A stretch of 64,000 bases of DNA, taken from positions 57,226,001 through 57,290,000 of the forward strand of contig OZ320321.1 of NCBI GenBank assembly GCA_976226885.1, in the 5' to 3' direction. The stretch's first letter is position 1. Each line of letters starts with the position of its first letter. The position numbers were made by a program, and so were the translations under genes. The notes under the pieces are model-generated. The model had not been told where the DNA came from, did not search any database, and saw nothing but the letters and a program-made list of their open reading frames with translations. The DNA comes from Iphione sp. A-MEVVRFRX5 (Eukaryota). Positions 32,355-46,871 of this stretch are shown piece by piece.

Positions 32355-35300
32355 GCATTGTCTACTGGAAAATAGTATGCCTGTTACACCTGTATAATGT
32401 GTGCTTGGCATTGTGTACCAGGAGTCTGGGTAGGGGGGGGGCGGAGTAAAGCGTAGCAGGTCAGAAAACACCATGGTAGGCACATTATCGACCATGGACA
32501 AAGGGTAGCTGCTTTGCATTAATCTTGCCGATAAGTCGTAAAATAGCAAGAAGTATCGAACTATGTTTTAAAGTAAAATTTGTAATATTTATAGACGCGC
32601 CAAGCAGTATCAGTGAAGTGGGCTTTTGTAAAAGGAATCCAGGAAAAATAAGGAAATGCTGATAGAATTTCCTATGCCTATTATATACATAATAAGATAT
32701 AGTTTTTTTTATGTTTTCAGAGATTACGCTTAAATGTCCGATTCTCGACGTCTACCGTGGATAAGAAACCTTTCATATGATATTTGTCAAAATGTCGTCT
32801 GGCCCAATCTCTCTCTGCATAAAGTTCTCATCGGACTAAAAATTTGATATTTTAACTGTAGAAATTTCAGGAGGTTTGAAATTACAGCTTTAATAAATGT
32901 CACAATACATATTGATGTAAACGAACTAGATGGTAAAAAATATTTGGATTGCATTAAAACCTACTGGAAACTTACCTTCTTGCTGGTGTGTTCGCTACAA
33001 TATTAATAACTAAAAAGAATTATGCTAAATGTCACATTTATGGTACCGGTTCATAATTGCTTGGAGCTAAAGATAGAAGTGAAATTGCAAATGAAACATC
33101 TGTGGTGGACATCCAGGCAACCGGCCAACAAAGAATCTGGGCACATTATTTTCGTTCATGTGTACATGTACTTAGCTTTGGCAGACGCATGAACACCTTA
33201 ATATAACGACACCGACTATAACTACATAATCCAAATGATACTGCCTCACATTATTACTATCTCATGTTCCTTAACCGCAATCTCCACTTCCCGGGTTATC
33301 TTTGTGCGTGATAATTGTTTTTTTTCATGTCGCATGACCGCACAACGTGTAATTTCCCCTGGATAGGATAGATTTTATTCGCCGAAGCCAATCCGAAAGG
33401 TAGTTTATACTTAGGATCATGTTTTTGAACTGAAGTGGTCATACACATTTTCAAACCAGCTGCTCGGTTTCGGAGTAATGTTTTAGGACAAAATATAAAG
33501 AATTTATTGGGTAAATATATTATGGGACGAAGCCCTCTGATAGCTTCATTCAAAGCATTTGTATTGACAGAATACACCTTGTTCAAAGTTAATAAAGTTA
33601 TTGTGAACATAGTCAAATCAACACAGACACATGTCAAATCGGCAACGAGAGAAAAGTGAGAAGCATACTAATCTTAGTTAATGGACCAGGCGAACATATT
33701 CCTAATGGGTTTGTTTTCATTGGGTTTGCTAACTATATGATTTTGTAAATCAGTAGTTAATTCACAGTATGCTGTAGGCTGTCTACCCCAGCAAAAGTAT
33801 GCGTATTAGTTTAAGCTTGGTTAATAAAGTCATATATAGGTTGTTGACCTCTATGACAGTTGTGGAGATTTTTTTAAGAACCTTTGCATTATTATTGATT
33901 AAAAATGTGGATAAATTGGAATTGGAAAGGGTATTTTCAGGAGGCAATTACAAAAGTTGTTAGCTAGCTGACCGGTGTGTTACTCACCATATCATTGCTA
34001 TATCTATTCACTCTCTCATTACGTGTCACCTTTGAACGACAAGTAGGCCTACCTTTCTTGTATGTTAGTTGAGTTATAAACTTCTGACAATCAAAAAAAA
34101 TCCAAGTCCAACTTAAAACTGAACTTTGCTACAAAATTCTGACCTTTTCACAGGCTCACAATCCTTTTAAAAATGTTTACCAAAAACACAGTAACAATGG
34201 CAAGCACCAATCATAATAATATAGTGCATAATCTTGTTCAATGAGGTGCACCAACTATATTTCAGAATTATGTAAATAAAACGTTAGACTAATGTATACG
34301 CAGTCTCTTATACTGCACTTAATGATCTCCAATCACACACTGAATGATCCCATGTTTATCTAGTCTACTAATTTAAAAGAATATCTTCGCACACACACGA
34401 AATCAATTAGAGCAGCATTGCGACTTCGGAAGACGAGGTTTAATTCGAATTAGATGAGCATCTCAAACACCGGAAACATGCATACTGTTGCCATAGAGAT
34501 GAAGGACTGTGTTGTATTTCATTCTACTACATAATACTAACTTCACGTTTAACTTACAAGTTTAGTCCGTTTAGGATGGGTTGGTTTCCTTTGAGTGTTG
34601 TCATTAATTGTGTTATTTGTAAACGTTATAAGACACATCAAACCAATGGTTCCTACAAACGTGAGCATGAGCAGTTTAATGTAATGTTTTCAAAACGGCT
34701 GGCTTCAAGAAATGGGTCTCTTGAGACGAGGAGTAACTCCTATACCTCAGGGTCACGTCTGAAACCACACATCAAGTCACACCTGCAAAAAGGCACTTCA
34801 GGCAACAAGCGTCCAATGGACCAAAGGTCAACCAGTCCAAACGTTAAGAGTGATCTCCATGCAACTTTTTTTGTCGGCCCAGACGTCCATCTCTGCTCAC
34901 AACTTTGAGCATCTGTTCCATATTGTATGAATTTTACCGTTCACAAGACAGTAACTGGACCCGCGAATCGGGATGGGGTTGCCTATTGTTCAGATAGAAC
35001 TCTTGTTACTTAAATGTATCATTTGACATAGAATTGGCACTAGTTTCGCCGCACCATACAAAGCCGCACTATACAAAGCCTCCTGGCTGAATTTCGCCGA
35101 TTTTTAGACAGATTTAGCAGAGTTTTCCAACTATCCGAAATACGAATGTTTTTGTCTGAAACGATCTGCGTTCGGAGTATTCACTGTATTAGACTATTTT
35201 TCCTGTCTACAGGATTTTCGGGAAGACTTGACCAGATTCCTGGTTGGCTCCAGATGATCATGGAGAGAGGTGTTTCATGTGTATGGTGTATTCTGTCAGG

Positions 35301-38300
35301 AACTGCCCAGGAAATCAACTCCATGCATTGTTGATTTAGCTGTTAATGTGAATGTGAGTGTTAATCTGACTTCATGCGAATTATGACCTAATCTGTATAA
35401 AAAAAACCATGTTTTTTGTTCTGATTATGGACAATTCCAACCAAATCGGTGTAAACCATGTGTTTTGGGGCTGATCCCAGGAGTTCTGACCAAATCTCTG
35501 TAATCTGTGATATTTTTATGTGAATAATTTGTAAATTAGATCTTATTTTACATGACTTAACAGATGTTAGACAATCTCCCTGCCCGATATAGAAGCATCG
35601 TTCCTAGCCTACTCATCTGTTTTTCAGTATAGAATCGCTTTCCTAAGAAATGGATCTTTCTAGTTGATATCTGAAACACGACATCTTTGATTATTACCGA
35701 CGTATCTTGTATATCAATGCTTATATTTAAACATAATTTCTCTAAACTTGTCTCCAGTCAGCACTTAATATTGGCTCTTCAAACATGCAACCCTGGGGCC
35801 AATTATATTAAAACCGTTGTCGAATGTCACTTTACTTTTGTTTTGCCATTTATATTTTGTGTATTTATTAATGAGTGGGACTATGTTACGTTCAAAAGTT
35901 ATCCCAATTTTAGAACCACATTTATACGCCTGAGTATATAAGTGTGGGTTTTCGGTGGTTCCTGAACCAATACCCGTTTCGAATAAAATAGCATTTGTAT
36001 ATGAAACTTTTTCTCCCTGTGGATAGATGATGCAAGGTAGAACGTTACATCTATATTAGCAATGCGGTACAACGAAAAGAGGTGCTACAGTATCGACTGT
36101 CAAAACTCCGAATAAAAAGGCTTGAAAGAGAAACTAATCGATTAAAACATTGCCCATGTGATGAAACTTGGAGCGACAAAGTTGACAGGGGGCAATTCTG
36201 CACTCTTCTTATTATTGCTATGAAAAAAAACTTTCTTGTACAACAATACATTGTCTCATCATTCATAACCAGTCCCTATTGCATGAAACTCAAAGCACAA
36301 GCTCACGCGGTCACAGCAGTTCATCTTCCTAGTGAGTCAATGTTGTGCGATTCACGGCAGGAAACGGGTGCCGGCGATACATAAGAGCCTTGATCAGAAG
36401 CCAATGGGTAGATAGGAAACACGTGTGGTTGGACTATTTCCAAAGGCTTCAAGCATGGCGTGATGCATGGAAGTTTCAGGAGCAGAAGAGGATAACGCCC
36501 GATGCTTTTCGGGCCCAACGCCGGGTGGTCTTTGCTCATGGCCTCCACTAACCCGTGTCGTGCTGTTTTAAATAACTTATATTTTCAGTGAGGAATGAGA
36601 GCATCCTAGAAGTTTGCCAGGGCCTTCTCGGTGCATTTGACGGCAACCAACTTACGGAGTCTATACTCATCTGCACTGATTTTATCGGTCATTGTGCAAA
36701 ATGCTATTTCTTGTAAATCATTGTTTTATGTACTTGTTAGTGCATAAGTTTGCGTGTGAGCCGGACAGGCAGTAAGGGAGGTAGTTAGACAAGCACAAGA
36801 TAAAAATAAACTAGAAATCCAGACGGGGAAAAATAGGGGGAAAATAACGGCTTGAGCGGAGATCGCAAACAGAGTTTTTTTGACTTATGAATGTTTATCT
36901 ATGTGTACATTTAGATAGATTAAGAGATAACAGACAGCCGTAAAGATAGATAGGTAAACAGAGAAAGAGAGAGGTGTTTGTGGGAGAGAAAGGGAGAGAG
37001 AGAGAGATGGGTGTCCCAAAGATCTTAGAAAGAACAATACAAGTACTTACAATTTCTTTTCATGATTGACAGTGTCTTGCGAAAGAGCCATTTTCAGGCA
37101 ACCTAAACATGTGTATTAGTTCATTAAAATAGCTGCATTTCTCCTAACATTTAAAATAATGATAGGGTATGTAGGCCGGTGTTTTTTGAGAGGGGATTAA
37201 TGTTAATTGATACATAAAGCAATAAATGTAAGTGTCACTCCTGCTACCTAGCTGTTAAGGAAACCAGTGTCATGTCAATGCTATAATGATCTAGGAAACA
37301 AGATGGTGTATTGCATACGTCTCTAGCATTATTCCTCCTGAAGATGTTCACAAAACAGTACAAAAGAAAACTCTATAAGGACACAAATTATGTTCGGTCA
37401 AGTAACCAGAAACACAGGCATTTTTCACTAGGCCTCACTACTGTATACTTTATATATTTTTAATAGCCCACATGAGACCATTATTAGCACTGGTTCGACA
37501 AACTAGCTTCACATGATTTCTACAAGGATTTCATAATGTTGCCAGAAGAATAATCCACACGTTTGTGTACCTGCTTATCTGGGGAAATGCAGTATTTTCC
37601 TTGCTTTCGTTTACCATTTTGCACAATGAATCTCAAAAGGCTACTGAAAATACCCAAACGCAATATTGTGTGCTATGAATGAGTAAATGACTTGGCCCTG
37701 GCTTACAAGTTTGCGCAGGGTCGTTGTGTCAGAACTCTTATATCTCGGCAGAGGAACTACAGGAGGAACGGCTTTACTTTTTAACGTGCCCCCTACCAGA
37801 GAGAGCGTCTAAATAATTTTTATGTAGAAGGTCGCTTCCTGCGGATGGAGTCGGGTGTGACATACATCTGAATCAGTCTCGGTGGAACCATTCTAAATGA
37901 GGGGCTTGGCGAGCTGGTGCTCATCAAGTCGCGCGGCCCCGAATCAAAATCGATACAATGTTTAATGCGATTACAGTGTACGTCCATACCCTCTGGAATT
38001 ACGTTTTACAATAACCGAAGCGAAGTCAGCATTCTCTTCGATGGTATGTGAAGGTAATGACAATGAGGAGAAAGTTCCAGCGGCACGCGTCTGAGCGAGG
38101 TATACCATCGGCTCCGACATGATATGCGGCTTATAGGTTTATGTGGCGGTTCTACCCAACTCGCACTATGCAATGCTACTCATGCATCGCCAGAGTGATA
38201 AGAATATCCGATTTGTGGCCCGTGGCATCATTTCTGTGATATTTAAAAAGAGATTGGGTTCAGCAAGGGCAATGGGAATAAAGACCCACCGGTAATGCTA

Positions 38301-38563
38301 TTCGGGTGATATCACCGAACTGGAGACTGGTAGGAAGAGAGTTTCCACCAACCTGGCCCTGCACCAATCAATTTCACGGTGACCGATCCTCTGAAGCTTT
38401 CATTCTGCCCAGTGTATGCGACCAATGATAAAAACCAACCAGCTGGTAAAGTAGAAGCAAATTAGAGGGAAGCCCATTATCCTCCGCGAGCTAGAGCGTT
38501 AATGGAAAGAATTAGAGAGGACGCCACGTCCCCTACATCCACCGAGTTTAAGCTTTCAAGCTT

Positions 38564-38652
38564 TTCTTCTTCTTCTTCTTCTTCTTCTTCTTCTTCTTCT
38601 TCTTCTTCTTCTTCTTCGTCTTCGTCTTCTTCGTCTTCTTCTGCTTCTTCTC
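38564..38652. repeat. (TTC)n/(GAA)n microsatellite with a degenerate TTCGTC end
   Basis: Directly visible. Confidence 0.95.
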
Positions 38653-38960
38653 CTTAATGGCTTTTTTCCCTTTCTTCTGAACCTCCATACAGGTAATAGT
38701 AACATTATTTTTGAAAATTTCGAAATAATATGATTTTTTTTCAGAATTCACTATCAAGGATCTCAAACTGATAGTTTATATCAGGCACCCTCTTTTGTGA
38801 CATACATGTACATGTATGCACTCTTTTTTTGCTGGGCAGGTCCTATGTGTCTTTGTTTTTTAAGGATAACAGTTTTCATCTTCCAGGTGGTAAGCTAGGT
38901 ACACACAGGTATAAACTTATAGGTGAACAGGCCTTATCCTTTTAATGCATTATCCGAATA

Positions 38961-39280
38961 AGGCCTTAAAAAATCTGTGTTTCTAGTAGGATGTTAAAAA
39001 ATGATGCGGTTGGTCATTTTTTTAATTGTTTTTCTTTTGCAACATTTACTGATACTGAAAGTCACAAATGTAGATGGTAATATCACTTGTACAGCTTAGA
39101 TTTTCATGAAACGTATATCAAATGAAAGCTAATGATATAAAGAACACATTGGTGTATAGTATATGTCTGTTTCCTAATTCCGTCCCATGATATGCACTAA
39201 CAAGGAAAAAATTCATGTAACTTACCATTTTGTAGGGTCGGTCAGGTTACCGGAAACACAGATATTTTTTATTTAGGCCT
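38961..39280. mobile_element. MITE family copy 1 (AGGCCT...GAAACACAGAT-type TIRs)
   Basis: Left end AGGCCTTAAAAAATCTGTGTTTC and right end GAAACACAGATATTTTTTATTTAGGCCT, flanked by TA. Related ends occur at 42441-42754, about 12618-12634 and about 37400-37435. Superfamily unassigned (TA versus TWA flanks are ambiguous). Confidence 0.65.
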
Positions 39281-39927
39281 TATTCGCATTTCAGTCATTT
39301 TGTACTTCAGAAACTGACTCACTACAGAATACGTAGCACTTTTGCATAAACAAATGCACAAGATTCCTTCCCGGTCTTTTACATCTCATATTACATTTTA
39401 TTTAGATTTTATATCCGAGACACAAAGTGGCAATCTCCCTGACGCAATGCTTATGTTTGGCGCTACAATAAAATGTATGCATTGCCTGCATTAAGTCCTT
39501 ATATTTAGTGCATTTAGTTATTTCAAACAGAGCTTGTATCTCCACTGCCCATTGGACAGTTAAAACACACGACAGACGAAGCTGATTCTTCATATTAACA
39601 TTACCGTTGCAGTTCGCACGAAATAAATGCACGGAATAATTACACTGCCAAATGGGCAAAATCTCCGCTGTGCAATAGATTTATTCGAGGTGTGCAGGAA
39701 CGTATGTAGTTTACACTTTTCTGTACTGTCAGACATCTGACGTTTTGCGCCTACTATATCTTGTACGATTCGTTACTTTTTTCAACCTAACATTTCAATG
39801 CCCTATATAATTGGAGTAATTCATGTTAAATGAAAAGATTTGCGGATAATATTTAAAAGGAATACAAAATCGCTAGAAACCAGTAATGTGAGTAATCTTA
39901 GGGCAGGTTTCCTTACCTGCGTTGGTG

Positions 39928-40004
39928 TCCATGAGGCTGCGTTTGTCTTCCATGTGCCTTAACATGTGTTTTACACGCATTTTATCTTCATGCAGCCTCA
40001 TGGA
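39928..40004. repeat. 13-bp perfect inverted repeat with a 51-nt spacer
   Basis: TCCATGAGGCTGC (39928-39940) / GCAGCCTCATGGA (39992-40004). Confidence 0.7.
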
Positions 40005-40079
40005 TAGGGCTGAGTGTTGACATGGCTTTCATGATCTGTGAAATCTATGATATATCTTTGAGAGATGTATCAAAAAAGG

Positions 40080-40250
40080 GCACACTTCATGGAGAAAAAG
40101 CAGAAAAACTGCTATTTCATGGAGATTGTGGCAAATCACATGGACAAGGTGCTGAAAATGGCAAATTTCAGGGAGAAAGTGCCATAAAATGGCTATTTTA
40201 TGCAGATTGTTGTAAATTCCGTGGAGAAATTGCCGAAGAATGGCAAATTT
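40080..40250. repeat. Degenerate minisatellite
   Basis: Recurrent TTCATGGAGA / TTCAGGGAGA / TTCCGTGGAGA and GGCAAAT units. Confidence 0.5.
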
Positions 40251-42440
40251 GTGTAGTAATGTGCATGAGTATGCTGTACAGGCGCCTCCTCCAAAGTCCA
40301 TCTGGTCTATACTACTGTCATTTTGGTGTCCATGTGCATTGAATTATCGGTTATAGCCCAATAATGAGCAACAGATATTAAACGGATACCAATGCACATG
40401 GATGCATTTGGCACCCTATGACACTGACCCTTATGCATGCTTCAGTGTGTAGATCATGATAATAACACTGCACGAGAGCGTACTTTCCATCCATCCCCTC
40501 ATCGTTCCCTTCTATCTTTCATAGCCTGGTGCTCAGATACACTGTACCTGAAAAGTAATCCTACTAGTTTGCCTCGGTGTATGACAAACAAGACACATTG
40601 TTGAATCAAACACTGCCTCTAAGGATGTAAACTGTATTTGAGATTGTACTGGAAAATCCGATCCGAGTTACAGGAAGATTATGTCGAGGGTGGGGGTCAC
40701 CCGGTTGCACATCTTCACGTAGCAGAAACATACTATTTATCATACCAAAAACTTCCAGCGTCAATACCTTTACCAGGGAAGACTCAAATCTAGGAAGATG
40801 GACCAACGATCCACAAGTTAAATGCAAGGATCGACAGCGCAGCTACATGAAACATGAGAGTAGCAAACAGTAATGTCCCGAAATCAGGTCTACTACCAAG
40901 CAAAAAAGGGATATGTGCCTGTCTATGTTGACCCATTTCACTGTAGGATCCAACCAGGCACCTCTATAGAAAGCAATCACGGGGAACTACTCAATCGATT
41001 CGCAGAAAGATGCCCGGGCGGTCCCTGTAAAGAATATGGCACCCAACAGCTATTTTTCATATCGTACGGAAATCATCCTGACGTTGTTCCCTGAAGAAAT
41101 AATCATTTCACATCACCCTTAAAAACGTTCAGCAAACATTGACTAACTTCGAAATTAGTCCTTCATTCAACTCTGGAAGATTTAGCCGACAAATGCACAT
41201 GCTTCTTATTTATTTCAGTTGACAAAGAGATTGACCCTTATGTCCATTTAAGATAGATAAGGAGAAATAGAAAATGAAAGGTTGTCAAAGACATGAGATA
41301 TCTTTTTGCTTTGCTGAGATTTTTACCTCATTTCCACGGCAGGCATTTCTGTCGTCTGCTGGTTCAAACTATCTATCGCAACTCATAACTTATAGATATC
41401 TTAATATCTTCCATGCAGCCCACCCAAACCATCGAATGCCCATGCCGACACATTGCTTCCATTTTGTAAAAGGAGGCTTACCTACCTGTCCTATCAATAA
41501 ACAGGTGTATGGTCTGGACTAGTGAACATGGAATGTCACACCTGTATATATGAGTGGGTGGTGTGACACACTTCTGGTGTGAAGGATACTTCCTGTGCGT
41601 CAAGAAAGGGATCTCAGGGGGATGGGTGTGAGGGCGGGGCTGTGACTTTAGTAAGAGGCAGCACAGTCGTAAACAGGCTGAGGGTCAAGGGTCCGTGGCT
41701 AAAAAGACAGTAGAGCCTTGTCTCAACTTCGTTAAAATCTACCAACAGCATATAAAAACAAATCCATCCAACGTTCAACCCACACACAGCCGAAAGAAAG
41801 TGAAGGGCAAACCGTGGCATTGACGCCATATACATATAGACTCTCTGGAAAGGTCAATACTGCACCCGCCCACACAAACCCCGCCGCCAGCTAGGACGAA
41901 GAGGGAATGTGCATGACAACGAAAATGCCCAACAGGCAATCCAATGTTTCAGGTCGGGAACGCCCCTGAGACGTTTAATACGGTATCTTCGTGCGGCCTG
42001 CGTGACGCTGTCACGTGCTGTCACCCTCCACGTAGGGCCTCTCTGCAGGTGAAACTAATCTGCTTCTTCTCTTCCTCCTGCGCTCTTCTTTCCAATCATC
42101 GCCGATTCGGCCCCGTGTTCTGTTTCGTTCCCTTAAGCTTATCATGCGGAGCTACTGACTGCTCGCTCGCTTGTTCGATGCACTCCCAGTGGTTAAGTGT
42201 TAGAAAAAAATGTTCCGGTATAATAAGACCTATCTGTGTATACTGAAAAGGGCGGGGGGGTCGGTAGATAATCAAGGAATGTTCATAGAATGTAGAAATG
42301 TTCAACATAGTCATGAAGTAGCTAGCACACAAAAATGCCACACAAAAGAAAACCCGCTGCCTCTTTCTAAAATGTCAGGCTTTAGAAGCATTTTGGAATT
42401 TGTGATTCTTTGAATATATGATCTTCTGTATTATTTGGTT

Positions 42441-42754
42441 AGGCCTAAACAAATCAATATCGGTGTTTTTGCTAACCGGACCGACCCTGAATTTGTAGCG
42501 ACGGAATAATTAGTTTTAAAAAATGTGAATATCTTTAGAATTGATAATGATAGGGACTCATAAAATACACCATTGTGTTCATATTGATACTGGCTTTCAT
42601 TCAATATAGGTTTCATGAAAATCTAAGCATTATAAGTGATATTATCATATTAATTTTTCCTCTCACTATGAACTAACATTGAAAGAAAATAGCATCTTCC
42701 GGCCGACCCTTTCATTTTTCACCATGCTACCGGAAACACGGATTTTTTATGCCT
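42441..42754. mobile_element. MITE family copy 2
   Basis: Left end AGGCCTAAACAAATCAATATCGGTGTTT and right end CCGGAAACACGGATTTTTTATGCCT. Its size (314 bp) is similar to the copy at 38961-39280. Confidence 0.6.
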
Positions 42755-44733
42755 TATAAAAACATTCCATTTACCACTGGCCAGTCCCCACCCCCCACCT
42801 CCAACCCTAGTGCTCAACTTTGCCTACCTACGTTTCCCCTTCGTTTGAAAAGAAATAAACAATATTTTACTTTATGTTTTGATCACCCTATTATAGAGTT
42901 TAACATTGCTAGCATCAATCACATTACCAGCTAGCTTGTCACCTTCGAAGGAGCCTATCTATGTAGCTGGGGATGTGGTCCATGGACCTTCTTTTGGTTA
43001 GCTCGGTTAATTAGTACATTGTCAATATATCGGATTTACAACATCAGAAGGCTTGTTCTTTTTCCAGCACAGAAAACACGGTATACCTATAAATTATTAA
43101 TAAATTGCTCTCTGTCTAGGATGTTTCTTGTCTCCGTTGATCTGCGCATCACTCCGCTCCAGATACTCCCGCCTTTTTATTCGTCAGCCTTGTTAATAAG
43201 TAAGATAAAAACAAAGGCGCCTATTATGGCAGTTACGTAAAAGAAGAATGCTAACATCAAAGGCATACAACCACAGCGTGAGGTGGGCTAAGTGTGAATC
43301 TGACTAAGGTAGACCTAACCTATTTCATGTCCAAAAAAGTACTAATCGGTTCAATGTATCAGCCTTCCTAGCAAAGCAGGCGTCTAAAGTGAGGGGAGGT
43401 ATAATTCTCAGGGTTGTAATTATTAGTCCTTAGGCGCTTAATCAATAAGAAAAAAATCAGCATTTTGCATACTGGATTATACAGACAGCACTTCGCTTAA
43501 TAGCATAATCTGTTTCTCAAGGTGATGATGTCTACATATAATTCAATACTCTGAGGTTAATTTCCCCATGTCAGATTCACTTCCACCGAGAAAAGAACAA
43601 CGGAAGTGTAGCATGTGCATGTTTGATATCACCTTTATTTATAAGTCCAAGTATATACATGTGTTGTGAAATGTACTTTGTTTTTTTCATGTCATGAGTG
43701 ATTTTGAAACATATTTTAAAGCGCAATGGGTATCGTCTGAGTACTGCCAGTCGAGAGTGCTCATCGAAATTAATCATCATACATGTACCTTTAAGAAAAC
43801 TGATTGCTTGCCGTAAATACAATATGAAACGTGTTTTTTTTCTAACCGTAGCAGCAGTCATTCTCCCACTGGCCGTAACTGGTTTTGCCTCGTAATAGTT
43901 GTTTACGTAGCAGACCTTCGGAAAAATACTTGAACCCTCTCCATCTGTCGGTCATTTGTCGTAGGTCTTGACAGCCTATGTAGGAAGCGGTGAATTACCT
44001 AGAGGCCTGAACTACCTAGGTTAGACAGTCTGGCGTGTCATGGCATGGAGAGGGTTTCGACAAAAGCAAAACAATACATGAGATCGATCTAATGATAAGG
44101 AAACGAAATCCCAAGTCTGCGACAAAATGTACCGCCACGTCTCTTTAACCGCTGTGCGTAAAATATTGCCCCCCCCCCTTTTTTTCTTTTATCACAGACC
44201 AAAGGGCGAAGAACAGAATGGATTTTTCTAAAGCTTCCTTGGATATTGTTGTGTCTACGTCGTGACAAGCCAGCCAATGCACACATGCTACATCCATTAC
44301 CCTAACATAGTTATTTACCTAGATGGCTGTCTGAGCGTTTCCTCTTTTAGGTGGAAACTTGTTGCACAATCACTCTTCCCAGAAGATGTTTTTTTAAGTA
44401 TCTAACATTGACACATAGATCGTGTAATATATGATAGAGAGAGTAATAAATCACCCAGTACATTCCAGTGGCACCACTGTACACGAGGGGTCATTGAGTG
44501 CACTTCTCTAGAGTTGGTGGGACTGCATGACGATTAGTGTAGTTAGCGGTCATCAAGGACAGTTCAGTGGGACCTCCATTCTAGGTAACAATGTATCAGA
44601 GACAGGGTTTATTGAGTGCTGACCAGTAGGACCACTGAAGCCCCCTGCACTATTAGAAATACCATATAAGGAGGTGCACTAAGATATTTGGAGATTTTTG
44701 AGTACTCAGCGGCAGCCCTGGAATCTTCTGATG

Positions 44734-44961
44734 TGTAACAGATACATCACACTAGGCCTAAGCTGATTGGTTAAATGCATTCTATCTAGCACGAAGCTTG
44801 CGACTTTGTATCTAAACCAATCAAGGCTTGATTGTGATTGGTTATAACTGGATGATTGGTGTTGCTATTAATGGAAGCTTACTGGGAGCAATAAAAAGCT
44901 TGGAACTGGGACTCGGACTTGATAGTTCTATATTTAACCCAAACCATTGTGATATGCTACA
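44734..44961 (+). mobile_element. Solo-LTR-like segment
   Basis: TGTAACA...TGCTACA ends, several ATTGG/CCAAT boxes, TTATAA and AATAAA in promoter order. No clean TSD. Confidence 0.4.
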
Positions 44962-46811
44962 ATATGACTTATTGTGAAATGCCTCTGTCAAAATTTATTG
45001 AGTTCCTTCTCTGTCACCTGATTTGATGTAGGTAGAGCTTATTCATGCGAACAGGGCATCGTCAATTGTTCAAAAGAAGAAGAACATGAACACCTAAATA
45101 AAATGTACTCATACTCAGTTGAACACTCTGGGGCTGCCACCTGTGTGGACCACTCTTTTTGGCTAAATGCCTGATGTGTATATACACTGTCATAATAGAC
45201 ACAAACATATTACATCATTTTAATGTCATTATTTCCATTACATATTGATGACAATTATCTAAGACTCATTGTTCCATTTTTGCCATCTGCATTAAACGAA
45301 CTCTATACGTATCCTTACATGGCATAGACTGCAAACAGATTTTTGATATCAATATGTTAATGTAGTGACACTAAATTCGAATGTTAAATAACCATTAGTT
45401 TCAATGAGATCTTTTTTGGACATGAAAATATTAACATTCATTAACATTTTAATATGCATAAAATGCATTACACAAAAAGTGCTTCACATAAAAACCTTAC
45501 ATTGAAGTATTTTTTTCTCCGCTTTGTGATTAACCGTGAGAATGTTAATTGGAAATAATCGTCCTAGAGTTATATATCTATAAGATTCACACCAAATCGT
45601 ATCCGATAAGTCGTACGAATAACGCAGTAACAGGCTTATTTAGGGGAAGTGTAAGTCTGTCGTCGGGAGGTCCATAACGGTATGTCAGAACGGCTTTTAT
45701 CGAGAGAATACGTATACGCCTGACAAGCGTAATACGAGTTTACTTTCTTAAAATGGAAAGGTTACTGCCATGCCACGTTTGTCATGCCTCTTACAAAACC
45801 ACACACACAGACGGTTCGTATATTTACTCAGTGAAGGTTGACCCAAATATGCATTTATGAGATGACTTGTTTAGCTTCTCCCTCTGAGGTAAATCTCCAG
45901 CAACAACCCTGTTCAGGTAGAAGGATCAACCCGAGCAGCCCAAGGAGACAATGGGGAAGGGGAAAGGACAATGCAAGTAGCATGCATCGTGTTTGAAAGA
46001 GCAGCCGAAGTTACTGCGGGCAGTCAAATTTTCAGATTTCTACCAGGCAATGCAATGACAAGGTGTTTGTAATCGTTTAACTTCTGTTGAAAAATATTTA
46101 CCGGAGGCTACTAGTCAAGACGTATCTTCTGTAAATGCTGATCGTCTTACAAGGATGGCTGGTTCCTTTCATGGTTCACTGGACGCTGTGCACGATCACC
46201 TTCGTAAGGGGCATCCATTGTGGAAGCTGGAAAGTCATGTGGGCCGCACAGATGTGGATTCGAAAGATTCGAAAAGAAAACTTCCTAGATGGTGGTTTGG
46301 CCGTCAGCATAACGGGATTCAACGGAAATTCAATCCAATTTATGCCGGTGCAAGAAGTAATTGCCAAATATAGGATTAGGAATGACACACAGATCTCCTA
46401 CAACTAATTAATCCGTGCACACGTGAGGTTATCTGTTATGACAGTTATTAATAATTATTCTGAAAACAGACTTACACATAATACGAAATGACTAATCAAG
46501 ATAGAGCATTTTGCAATTTGCATGAGCGGTGGGAGACAATTATCTTCTTCCTAAATAGCCTAAAATAGGAGTGAACTTTTGTATCAATGACAACACATTC
46601 ATAAATTGCTTTTCATATTTGTTCATAAAGATTATCTTTATAAAATTATCGTTATAGAGAAAGTAATGCTTGTGTATAAAAACACAATATTTTCTCAAAT
46701 TAATTATAAGAACAATATTTTGGATGTATACCCCAAAACAAATAAATCCTTTCATTGTCTTGAAGTATGAAATGTTCTTGTTATGAGCGATATCACCTTG
46801 ACATGTTATTT

Positions 46812-46871
46812 TATTTACTATCAAGCAAAGAAGCCATATGCCTACATGGCTTCTTTGCTTGATAGTAAATA
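46812..46871. repeat. Perfect 26-bp inverted repeat with an 8-nt loop
   Basis: TATTTACTATCAAGCAAAGAAGCCAT-atgcctac-ATGGCTTCTTTGCTTGATAGTAAATA. Confidence 0.95.

Noticed and set aside
38548-38766. Lys-rich ORF (and the RE-repeat ORFs at 49909-50289)
   Set aside because: These are translations of (GAA)n and (GA)n microsatellites.
46135-46407. Possible HIRAN-like coding remnant split over two frames
   Set aside because: The resemblance is too loose (no clear N..D..A motif) and needs an assumed frameshift.
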